NCBI GenBank assembly: GCA_965209155.1
Contig: OZ242383.1
Coordinates: 2,240,001-2,304,000 of the forward strand
Length of the DNA: 64,000 nt
Origin: a bacterium
Lineage (GTDB): Bacteria > SAR324 > NAC60-12
Direction of reading: 5' to 3'
This document shows, piece after piece, positions 10,814-19,756 of the stretch; positions within the stretch are counted from its first letter, which is position 1, and each line of letters starts with the position of its first letter. Position numbers and translations under genes: made by a program. The notes beneath the pieces were generated by a model. It did no database searches. It had not been told where the DNA came from and saw only the letters and a program-made list of their open reading frames with translations.

Positions 10814-11697
10814 GTTCAACAATACCGAGGATACGTCCTTATCCTGTAATGACTGACAGCAGTTTGGATTATGTCGAAGGTAATTTTTACGAGACACTTC
10901 AGACTGAAGATAGGATGGAAAAACGTGGCAGTAAATTCAGAATAGACATTGAACACAGGTTACATGGTCAGAATCTGGTAACTGAATTATTACGTAAAGA
11001 CAATGCTGTGTTTGCATGTACCGTGACAGCGCCAGTCAGCGCATGGCGTAAAGTGGCTGTTTCCAAAATTTCACATCAGGATGGTGAAAGCGGGTTATTG
11101 ATACATCGCCAAGTTATTGATAATCAAGACATAAGTGCAGATCAAATCAGTGGTGAGATAACCTTCCAACCAATGGTACTTTCGTCAAAGGGGATGAAAA
11201 TTACAATTACATGTGAGCATGGTCTTGACGAAATCTGGTTGGGAGATTCAATCCAAATACCTCAGGCAGGTATCTTGGCCATGGGTCCTTATTGGAACCC
11301 GAAGAATGAGATGCAAAGTGTGTTGCGTCTGAAGCTTGATCGCAACAATAAATTGCCAAATGGTTGTTTTGAAGTGAAGGAGGCTTTGGAAGAGGGATTT
11401 TACTTTGAAGTATTAGTAGCACGAGATCTCTATGAATCTCTCAAATCACCTGGAAATGCGATCCAGCATCGCGACAGCATCTATTCTGCTGCTCTCGCTC
11501 AGGGATATCAGATTTTGAAAGAGAAGTACCAAGAGTATGAAGATTGGAACGACTTCTCAAACCTTCGCAGTTTATATGCAAAACTAAAAAGCAGTGGTGT
11601 ACCTACTTGGGACAAATCAGAATTTAGCGCAAATAGTGCTGTCGCTCATTTCCATCCTCACAAGCTCAATACAGGTATAGAAAATGATGAATCTTAA
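10810..11697 (+). CDS. Hypothetical protein, translationally coupled to the GHKL ATPase
   Basis: 295-aa ORF, ATGA overlap with the upstream stop. N-terminal PYPVM...DY motif; no assignable catalytic motif. Confidence 0.7.
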   Translation: MSSTIPRIRPYPVMTDSSLDYVEGNFYETLQTEDRMEKRGSKFRIDIEHRLHGQNLVTELLRKDNAVFACTVTAPVSAWRKVAVSKISHQDGESGLLIHRQVIDNQDISADQISGEITFQPMVLSSKGMKITITCEHGLDEIWLGDSIQIPQAGILAMGPYWNPKNEMQSVLRLKLDRNNKLPNGCFEVKEALEEGFYFEVLVARDLYESLKSPGNAIQHRDSIYSAALAQGYQILKEKYQEYEDWNDFSNLRSLYAKLKSSGVPTWDKSEFSANSAVAHFHPHKLNTGIENDES

Positions 11698-11730
11698 CTT
11701 CCTCATGTATATTTAGAGGTTACCCGAAAA

Positions 11731-12615
11731 ATGTCAAGTAATCCCGAAGAGATAGTGATGTACAATGCTGCAGATCTGACAAAATATCGCAGCCAGCTTA
11801 TAAATAAATCCGGAAAAGTAGATTCTGGGACATTTGAGGAGTCCCAAATCTTTCTAGCCAGAGCGGCAGAAGCCAAAAGTTCTAAAGACTTTATCGGTAT
11901 ATTCAGTTCATTTACCAACGGAGAAGTAATTAATGTGTCGTTTCCCAACAGTCCACTAACAGAGAGGGAACTAACCGACCCGCCCCTCACTACTGAAAAA
12001 TTAATTTACAATATACTGAGAAATCTCCAGCCAAAACATGCCTGTTTACCTTCATTTTGGACGGCATATCATTTGGGGATGGTGCGACATGAGTTAATCG
12101 AACCGGCTTACTTGGCGAAATCACTCGTTTCGGTCAATGAATCAGGACGTAGTAGACTTCAAAAAGCGTTGCGAAACAACAGCAAGAAAAAACGTGATGC
12201 CTGTGTTCGCACAATACTGAGACAGTTAGGTGGGTTGCCAGAAGAACGTGGTAAAGTAAGTGTATTTATGGACTGTCGTATATCTAGGGCTTGGTGGCGT
12301 GGCCATCTGAGTGCCCAAGTGGCTCAGGATTTTAAGCACCTGGAAATTGATGCCATTTGGGAAATTCTGCGCAATACATCTGTTTGGGAACAACTTATGG
12401 GGCTTAGTGTTAAGAGTCTGACAGTCATCTGCGATAGAAACATCCGATCTGCTCTAATTGTCAGGTTTTTGGAGGAACCTGAAATTTTTAGAGAAAGAGC
12501 CAAGATAAAATCTTTCTTGGCCAAAATAGGCTCCCGCAGTGCATATCAGTCGTTAGGAGCATTGTCTGCAGCTCAGAATCTTGAAATTTTTAGAGAAATG
12601 GAGTATGAACAATGA
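11731..12615 (+). CDS. Hypothetical protein (DUF6339-like)
   Basis: 294-aa ORF. IYNILRNLQPKHA...FWTAYH and RISRAWWRG resemble DUF6339 patterns (from memory, unverified). Confidence 0.55.
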   Translation: MSSNPEEIVMYNAADLTKYRSQLINKSGKVDSGTFEESQIFLARAAEAKSSKDFIGIFSSFTNGEVINVSFPNSPLTERELTDPPLTTEKLIYNILRNLQPKHACLPSFWTAYHLGMVRHELIEPAYLAKSLVSVNESGRSRLQKALRNNSKKKRDACVRTILRQLGGLPEERGKVSVFMDCRISRAWWRGHLSAQVAQDFKHLEIDAIWEILRNTSVWEQLMGLSVKSLTVICDRNIRSALIVRFLEEPEIFRERAKIKSFLAKIGSRSAYQSLGALSAAQNLEIFREMEYEQ

Positions 12616-13910
12616 AAGCATTTAGAAAACTGCAATCACTTCCTCGAATATACGGTGTCAAACCCATTATCCTGACCTATGAACACGAAGCGCACCGAGA
12701 ACGACCACATGTATTGAAATTTTCCGGAGGCCGTTCCAGTGCTATGTTGCTGATAGGATTGCTTTATGGAAAACAATTACGTCCTTCACGAGGTGATGTT
12801 ATCGTATTCAATAACACCTCAGCCGAACACCCCGCAACCTATGTTTTCGCTGCTAATTGCAAGCGCATCGCAGAAGAGCGATTCAATATTCCTTTTATAT
12901 GGACGGAATTTCAAACCTACGAGGATGTATTCAGTGGTAATTGGCGCCGACTAGCCGGATACCGTATGGTTTTACCACATCGCTACACTGTGCGAACTCC
13001 TCGCGGGTACTTGGATAATGGCGAGATTTTTGAAGAACTGATCTCATGGAAACAACAGTTACCAACAAGGTTTAATCGCTTATGTACACAACATCTGAAA
13101 CTACAAACCACGGCAATGTTTTTACAAGACTGGTTTGGACGTTCTCCATCGGGAAAATCAAGGGAATCTAGCCAATGTAACAAAAGGTTGGGTCACTGGT
13201 ACGGTTCTTCCATGGTAGATTTAATATCATACAGTGATCGTCAGAAGTATGCCCGATATTTGCTAACTCGCCCCTTTACACGACAACGACAGAGATTTCA
13301 GGAATTCACCAAGGCGCACCTTGGGGAAATTAAAAATCGACACCTTTTGGACAAAGCTTTTGACGGAAAAGCGCCCCTTAAAGGCGAGGGTCACGTTGAA
13401 TATTTGTCATTGATTGGCTTACGTGCTGATGAGCAGCGACGAGTCACTCGAGTTCTATCCCGAAACAATGAGATAAATAATGATACTGATGCTGAACGAT
13501 TGGCGGATGGAGAGTACGTTTATACTCCTTTATATGACCTTGATATTGACAAAGAGGATGTTTTGAATTTTTGGCAAAAACAGAGTTGGGATTTAGCAAT
13601 TCCTCATGACATCAATTTGTCAAACTGCGTTTACTGTTTTATGAAAGGCGAACATGCGATCCGAGAAATCGTAGCACAGGAACCAAGTTCTGTGAATTCT
13701 GCATATACACCTAGTTCAATTAATTGGTGGGCAAATATTGAACATCGCTACGCACGTGAACTTCCCTCGATCAGAGATCCAAATACAATCAGCAGGTTTG
13801 GTTTTTTTGGAGCCAACTCCAATGTGACTTATCAAAACATAATCCAAACGATTGACTTGCCACCCGTACAGGTCGAGACTTCAGCACTACCTTGCGACTG
13901 CACTGACTAA
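12612..13910 (+). CDS. PP-loop / PAPS-reductase-like protein with probable Fe-S cluster
   Basis: FSGGRSSAML PP-loop, FNNTSAEHPAT, RLCTQHLK, IGLRADEQRR, PLYD..KEDVLNFW, NCVYC and terminal PCDCTD. ATGA overlap with the upstream gene. Confidence 0.85.
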   Translation: MKAFRKLQSLPRIYGVKPIILTYEHEAHRERPHVLKFSGGRSSAMLLIGLLYGKQLRPSRGDVIVFNNTSAEHPATYVFAANCKRIAEERFNIPFIWTEFQTYEDVFSGNWRRLAGYRMVLPHRYTVRTPRGYLDNGEIFEELISWKQQLPTRFNRLCTQHLKLQTTAMFLQDWFGRSPSGKSRESSQCNKRLGHWYGSSMVDLISYSDRQKYARYLLTRPFTRQRQRFQEFTKAHLGEIKNRHLLDKAFDGKAPLKGEGHVEYLSLIGLRADEQRRVTRVLSRNNEINNDTDAERLADGEYVYTPLYDLDIDKEDVLNFWQKQSWDLAIPHDINLSNCVYCFMKGEHAIREIVAQEPSSVNSAYTPSSINWWANIEHRYARELPSIRDPNTISRFGFFGANSNVTYQNIIQTIDLPPVQVETSALPCDCTD

Positions 13911-13933
13911 CAAACGAAGAAACCGGTTCGTCC

Positions 13934-15073
13934 GTGGATAGTATTTACCTCGATTATCAAGCTACAACACCAGTAGATCACCGAGTGATGAAGGAAATGC
14001 TGCCCTATTTTTCAGATTACTTTGCAAATCCTCATTCCAAAACTTATATTCGGTCTCTGGCTCCTAATCGGGCAATAGAGGCGGCACGTCGACGTGTTGC
14101 AATTTCAATTGGTGGCGCAGCTAAGGATATTGTATTCACATCTGGTGCGACAGAAGCCAATAATATTGCTATTCTTGGAATAGCTCGCGGTGCTGTAAGT
14201 AGGAAACGCCATCGCATAATAACACTGGCAACGGAACACACTTCTATACTGGAACCTGTCAGGTCGCTACGGGAAGAGCACTTTGAGCCTGTCATTATTG
14301 GTGTTGGTAAAGATGGCCTTGTTGACCTGAAAGAACTTGAGGCCACAATCAATGATGAAACATTACTAGTCTCTGTTATGATGGTCAATAACGAGACTGG
14401 AGTGATACAACCTATGGCTGATATCGCTTCAATCTGTAAAGCCAATGGAGCATTACTACATAGCGATTGTGCCCAAGCATTGGGAAAAATACCTATCAAT
14501 GTTGTGTCAGATGGCTTAGATTTAGCAACATTTTCCAGTCATAAAATATACGGACCTAAGGGTATCGGATGTATTTATGTCAAAAATTTGAAAAAAGCTA
14601 CCATACGTCCAATGTTTCTTGGAGGCGGGCAAGAGGGAGGATTGAGACCTGGGACGCTTCCTGTGAGTTTGTGTGTCGGTTTTGGAAAAGCAGCGCACCT
14701 TGCTCATACAGAAGTTGATGTTTTTTCGGTTCGAGCCGGTTACCTGGAGCAGAAACTTTGGAATTCAATCCTGAAATTTCGTCCTGATGCACAACGCAAC
14801 GGATCCCATATGCAGCGCGCAGCAGGTTGCTTTAGCATCTATTTTCCAGGTGAACAAGCTGATGCATTGCTGGATGGACTAAGGGGCATCGATATTTCTA
14901 CTGGTTCAGCATGTGCAGTGACAAAAACTCGTTCTTCTCACGTCTTGAAAGCTATGGGCTGTTCAAAGGTACATGCGGATGGCACCATAAGATTTTGCAT
15001 CGGTAAACCAACAACAGAATCCGATGTTAACAATGCGATCAATATATTGCGTCGGTATTTCATTAAAAAATGA
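13934..15073 (+). CDS. Cysteine desulfurase (IscS/DndA-like, class V PLP enzyme)
   Basis: IYLDYQATTP, FTSGATEANN, NNETGVIQP, FSSHKIYGPKG (PLP Lys), STGSAC (catalytic Cys). No iscU/iscA/hsc neighbours. Confidence 0.93.
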   Translation: MDSIYLDYQATTPVDHRVMKEMLPYFSDYFANPHSKTYIRSLAPNRAIEAARRRVAISIGGAAKDIVFTSGATEANNIAILGIARGAVSRKRHRIITLATEHTSILEPVRSLREEHFEPVIIGVGKDGLVDLKELEATINDETLLVSVMMVNNETGVIQPMADIASICKANGALLHSDCAQALGKIPINVVSDGLDLATFSSHKIYGPKGIGCIYVKNLKKATIRPMFLGGGQEGGLRPGTLPVSLCVGFGKAAHLAHTEVDVFSVRAGYLEQKLWNSILKFRPDAQRNGSHMQRAAGCFSIYFPGEQADALLDGLRGIDISTGSACAVTKTRSSHVLKAMGCSKVHADGTIRFCIGKPTTESDVNNAINILRRYFIKK

Positions 15074-15405
15074 TTCTACTTCGATTCGTGGATGAAATCA
15101 GAAGGATGATGTTAATGGTAGACATTCGAGCAAATCATAAAAATGTTGAGGACTGGATTGCTTTAATAAATGCCTATTCGAGAATAATGTAATTATACTC
15201 TTCTGGAGTTAGCGGGAGTCACTGCCAGATATTTAACGCCCGGAAAAGATGCAAGAAATCAAAGAAGAACAATTGCAACGGCAAGCTGTAAATGAAGCGA
15301 GTGGAACGGACATCACACTCACTGAGGTTTGCCACCGTTTCATAGAGGCTAAGACCATGCCCGACGATGACGCTTATTTGATCTGTACCGTGTGAATGGC
15401 TGTCC

Positions 15406-17757
15406 ATGAGCTTTAAATTCGCAGCAAGAACAATTTTGGAACTTGGTAAAGACCTCATCAGTTCTGACGAGGTCGCTCTGTACGAGTTGATTAAAAACTC
15501 TGTAGATGCGGGTTCACCTCGTATAGAAATTATCGCGAATATCCAGATGCTTCATTCCGATTATTTAAAGATTGTTGCTTTAATTGAGGAAGAGGGAAAG
15601 GAAAATGGAGAGATACTTCGAATCATAAGTAGCTTGTTGATCAATTCTGAAAATGAAAAAGAAGTTGCGTTGATCAGAGAACTTCACGATATTCAAATAA
15701 AACGAAAATTCCTTGAACGGCTGAAAGATAATTACTGCGAGGCGAACTATATTGAGATTCGAGATACTGGCCATGGAATGAGTATTGACGATCTCTCCAA
15801 TATCTTTCTTCATATCGGAACAAGCATTCGACGGAAGGAAAACTTGGCAGGGGCTAGAAATCTCGGCGACAAGGGCGTTGGTCGTCTTTCTGCGATGCGA
15901 TTAGGAAATCGTTTGAATGTCAGAACTACTCGAAGCAATGACCATCATTGGAACCTGTTAGATATCGATTGGACTCTTTTTTCCCATGATGACGATGTTG
16001 ATGCCAATGATATCATCATAGAACCAGAAATCGGGGATAAAAAGGCAGATACTTCTGAACAAGGGACAACAATACGTATCTCTGCCCTGCAGGCTGACTG
16101 GGACTTTGCACGATTCAACGATATTTTTGAAGGACGGGTCGCACGAATGGTCGATCCATTCGATCCCGGCCACGCTAATCGACTCATCGTCGCAAGATAT
16201 AATGGCAAGGAAGTACGGATACCTTCAATTCCACGCCAACTCCTTCAGAAAGCTCATGCCGTTTGCCACTTGGAGTTTCGCATGGAAGGGGAGAATCCGA
16301 TTCTCAAGGGTGAAATCGATTACAAGCTACGGCAAAGGAAACGTCGAATTGACGCCCAGGGTGCGGAGGTATATTCGCTCGTGCAGAAAGCCGTAAAGCG
16401 CCGGGCTAAACGTGGACATGCTGCTTTCAAGCTTATTCCTGAGAAACCTTCCGCATTTAAGAGACTTGGCGATTTCAAGTGCGATATTTACTGGTACAAC
16501 CGCAGAATTATTACTGCAATAGAGGGGTTGACCTCCAATATCGCGGAAACACGAAGTGAGATTTCGAATTGGAGCGGTGGACCAATGCTCTACAGATTTG
16601 GATTCCGCATCCTTCCTTACGGCGATCCCAAGGATGATTGGCTTTCACTTGATGAAACCGCTTTCGGAGAAAGGGGATTCAAACTTAATCGACAGCAAGT
16701 AATTGGACGCATTCTGCTCGAAACGCCGCATAGTGCAATGAGCGAACAGACCAACCGCGAAGGCCTGATTGAGTCAGAGACATATAACGCATTGCAAAAG
16801 GTCTTGTTGTGGGTAGTTCATACGGAGATGCGCGGGCTTATCAACGAAGCAGATGAAATTGAACTTATTGAGCGTCGAGAGGCGGAGCAGAATACGAAGT
16901 CTGTGTCGAACACCCAGAAGCGAGTTGCGGCGGCTTTGAGCCGCTTGCGTGAACGGGTGGGAGATGTGGCAAGTGATCAAATCAACGACCTTACTGCGGG
17001 TGTTGAAAAGCTGAGCGTGCAGTCACAAAACCTTGTCAGGCGCATTGAGGCTGTGATTGAGGAGGCTGATGAAGAAAGGGAGAAATTCGTATATCTGGCG
17101 GGAATTGGCCTGATGACCGAATTCATTTTTCACGAGTTAGAGCGTGCCGTTTCTTACACTATGAATGTAATTGGAAGAGGTACTCTCACACAGATTACAC
17201 TTGATTCCTTGCGGGATCAGTTGAAGACGCTGCACAAGCGAATTGCCGCATTTGACGAGTTGACGGGTGAAAAACGGCAGACGAGATCTAGATTTGATCT
17301 ATTCGAACTCGTAACCAGCATTTTAGAGAACCACTCCCTTGAATTTGAACGGCATCGGATTTCCATTTACTTCGAACGTTCTTCTCGCGCTTATGAAATA
17401 AGAGCCGTGCGTGGTATGGTGATCCAAATTCTCGAAAACTTGATCGTTAACGCTGCATATTGGCTGAAGCAGCAGAAACGCTTTGAGACGCAGTTTGAGC
17501 CGAGTATGACTTTGATTATCGACACTAAGGAAAAAATACTTTCTTTAGAGGATAATGGTCCTGGGGTCATTGAAGACCGCCGGGAGCGAATTTTTCAGCC
17601 ATTTATTACAACGAAGCCGACAGGTCAAGGACGAGGTCTTGGGCTTTACATTGCTCGGGAATTGGCAGAATACCACGGTTGGAAGTTATATATGGACAAC
17701 ACGTTGGGTCGAGTCCGTGATGGAAGAACAAACATGTTCATTCTCAGAATGGGGTAA
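15406..17757 (+). CDS. Hybrid protein: N-terminal MORC-like GHKL ATPase plus C-terminal histidine kinase
   Basis: N-terminus: ALYELIKNSVDA, IRDTGHGM, LGDKGVGRLS. Coiled region, then H-box FIFHELER, N-box ILENLIVNA, EDNGPGV, IFQPFITTK, GRGLGLYI. No transmembrane segments apparent. Confidence 0.88.
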   Translation: MSFKFAARTILELGKDLISSDEVALYELIKNSVDAGSPRIEIIANIQMLHSDYLKIVALIEEEGKENGEILRIISSLLINSENEKEVALIRELHDIQIKRKFLERLKDNYCEANYIEIRDTGHGMSIDDLSNIFLHIGTSIRRKENLAGARNLGDKGVGRLSAMRLGNRLNVRTTRSNDHHWNLLDIDWTLFSHDDDVDANDIIIEPEIGDKKADTSEQGTTIRISALQADWDFARFNDIFEGRVARMVDPFDPGHANRLIVARYNGKEVRIPSIPRQLLQKAHAVCHLEFRMEGENPILKGEIDYKLRQRKRRIDAQGAEVYSLVQKAVKRRAKRGHAAFKLIPEKPSAFKRLGDFKCDIYWYNRRIITAIEGLTSNIAETRSEISNWSGGPMLYRFGFRILPYGDPKDDWLSLDETAFGERGFKLNRQQVIGRILLETPHSAMSEQTNREGLIESETYNALQKVLLWVVHTEMRGLINEADEIELIERREAEQNTKSVSNTQKRVAAALSRLRERVGDVASDQINDLTAGVEKLSVQSQNLVRRIEAVIEEADEEREKFVYLAGIGLMTEFIFHELERAVSYTMNVIGRGTLTQITLDSLRDQLKTLHKRIAAFDELTGEKRQTRSRFDLFELVTSILENHSLEFERHRISIYFERSSRAYEIRAVRGMVIQILENLIVNAAYWLKQQKRFETQFEPSMTLIIDTKEKILSLEDNGPGVIEDRRERIFQPFITTKPTGQGRGLGLYIARELAEYHGWKLYMDNTLGRVRDGRTNMFILRMG

Positions 17758-17759
17758 CG

Positions 17760-19694
17760 ATGGAAAACGAGAGTAGAATAATCGAGGCATTTAAATTGAA
17801 TCAGATTAATAAAATTTTATTGATAGACGACGCGTATGATTCTCCTGACATAAATAACAGTAACGTCAACTCGATTCTTAATTATCTGGAAAGTCACGAC
17901 GGTCATGAAGCATGTATCAGTATAGGAATAGATGAGAACAAAATAGAGTCTGCAATTAAGGCAGCACAGGAGGGTGATCTTGAAAACAATGAGTTAAATG
18001 AAATTTATTGTACCCTTTATGATAAATATATTCGAACCGAAGATGGAAAGTTTGATCCAGGTACTCATTTTATGACACTGAAAGGGGCATCTCTCGCCGC
18101 ACTGAAGCCGCTTTGTGCTCTTTTGAGAAAATGCGGAAATAAGATGGAAGTACGGACTGTTGGTCTAAATGCAGACATGAAAAAAAATCTGCAATTTCGA
18201 CCGCAGGTCCTGTTTCTTGACTATTATCTTGAAAGAGATATACAAGTTGGCAGGCTGGGAGAGGCACGGAAAGCTTCACTGGAGTTACTTAAGAAATTTG
18301 TGAGTCCAGAAATAGGGGAGGACATTCCTGCCATTGTCTTAATGTCATCAAAAAATATCGAGGATGTAGAGGAATATCGTCACGACGTAGGGGGAGATCA
18401 AATTCTGTCTCTTCGATTTGGTTTTTTAAAAAAGGAATTCGTTCAGCAAAACAATAGTGGATTTGAAATAAAACATGAAACAGCCAATGTGCTCTTGGAT
18501 ATGAGCCAAGGTTATCTTTTTGGAAGAATGCTCCAACAAGCATTGAATGAGTGGAAGAAAGGTACCAAATTGGCGTTTAACACCTTCATGAAGGAGGTTG
18601 CAGATCTTCACACTAAGGACTTTGCTTACCTGCTGAGATTCAGACTTAGGGAAGAAGGACAGCCGCTAAGCGAATATTTGGAATGGCTCTTTGGCGAATG
18701 CTTGAAGGGACTTATTGGTGAGAAAGTGGACTGGAATCATTCATCATTTTTGGAATTAGATAGTGAAAAGGAACTTGAGGAAAAAATAGAAGGTGCATTT
18801 GAAGGTCCCTCAGTCCAGATTGCGAAATTTTTCCATCGCGTCAGAATCAACAATCGAAAATCCTGTACAAGTAAAGGATACAGGTTAGGAGATATCTATG
18901 GACAACTCGAGGAAAAACAGATTCGAACAGTCGTTACGCCAGATTGTGATTTGATCGTTCGAAGGGGAAAAACCAAGGTCAATAGTGTCTTGACGATGGG
19001 AGGGATGCTCAAGCAGTTTGATACAGAAGATTCAATTGCCGATGAGTTTTTCATCCTTGAAAATCAGCCATACTGCATGAAATGGAATCCGAAGGACCTT
19101 CAAACCTATCCGGCCGAAGGGGAGGAATCTCTCCAACAAATTGATAATCTTCAGTTTCTTGGGACGTTGCGCCCATTGTACGCACAAGGGATTCAACGTC
19201 GTGCATTGTCGGACCTTTCTCGAATTGGATTTCCTGTGGCACCAGCTCTTGGAATTAATGCCACTGTGACGGCATGGATACGGACAAAGAATGACAAAAA
19301 GCCTTTTGAACCGATCGACATAAATGCGTCAGATCTCGCTACCATTATCCCCAGCCGAGGCGGGCAGCGGAGTGGGCATAGAGTCTTGTTGCGACGTGGG
19401 TTCTTTAACGAACTAATCGACTATCTTTACTGTCTACAGAAGAGCAAACCGGTCAACATAGATGCCGACGCAAAATGTCTTTATAGTATCCTTCGGAAGG
19501 GGGGGATCGATGACTTTCGTAAGGAGTTTCTTCAAAAGGGAGCGCTGACTAAAGGCAAAGGAAAATTTGGGACTGGTTTGGTACTTGACTCAAGTCCAAA
19601 TATCAAGCAGAATGCCCCATGGTTGCAGATCACCGTAACGGTCAAAGATGAAGTCAAGGAGGAGCTTCTTACAATTGATCCATTGGATTCTTAA
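17760..19694 (+). CDS. Atypical response-regulator receiver protein with large uncharacterised C-terminal domain
   Basis: ILLIDDAY, VLFLDYYL, IVLMSS, FLKK receiver elements split by an insertion. C-terminal VVTPDCDL motif. Starts 2 nt after the kinase stop; no HTH recognised. Confidence 0.7.
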   Translation: MENESRIIEAFKLNQINKILLIDDAYDSPDINNSNVNSILNYLESHDGHEACISIGIDENKIESAIKAAQEGDLENNELNEIYCTLYDKYIRTEDGKFDPGTHFMTLKGASLAALKPLCALLRKCGNKMEVRTVGLNADMKKNLQFRPQVLFLDYYLERDIQVGRLGEARKASLELLKKFVSPEIGEDIPAIVLMSSKNIEDVEEYRHDVGGDQILSLRFGFLKKEFVQQNNSGFEIKHETANVLLDMSQGYLFGRMLQQALNEWKKGTKLAFNTFMKEVADLHTKDFAYLLRFRLREEGQPLSEYLEWLFGECLKGLIGEKVDWNHSSFLELDSEKELEEKIEGAFEGPSVQIAKFFHRVRINNRKSCTSKGYRLGDIYGQLEEKQIRTVVTPDCDLIVRRGKTKVNSVLTMGGMLKQFDTEDSIADEFFILENQPYCMKWNPKDLQTYPAEGEESLQQIDNLQFLGTLRPLYAQGIQRRALSDLSRIGFPVAPALGINATVTAWIRTKNDKKPFEPIDINASDLATIIPSRGGQRSGHRVLLRRGFFNELIDYLYCLQKSKPVNIDADAKCLYSILRKGGIDDFRKEFLQKGALTKGKGKFGTGLVLDSSPNIKQNAPWLQITVTVKDEVKEELLTIDPLDS

Positions 19695-19756
19695 CACATC
19701 TGAATTGTACCGAATTCATACGATTCCTAAAAAAAATTTCTAACAACTTACTCGAT

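Noticed and set aside
12612..15073. Canonical dndA/dndC, sspA/sspD, or a cysH/isc housekeeping locus
   Set aside because: PP-loop and Cys motifs differ from DndC/CysH, and no dndBDE, sspBCE, cys or isc partners were recognised, so no gene symbols were given.
15249..15395. 48-aa ORF between the desulfurase and the kinase (possible sulfur carrier or DndE-like protein)
   Set aside because: No C-terminal GG, no recognisable motif and no clear RBS; may be a relic.
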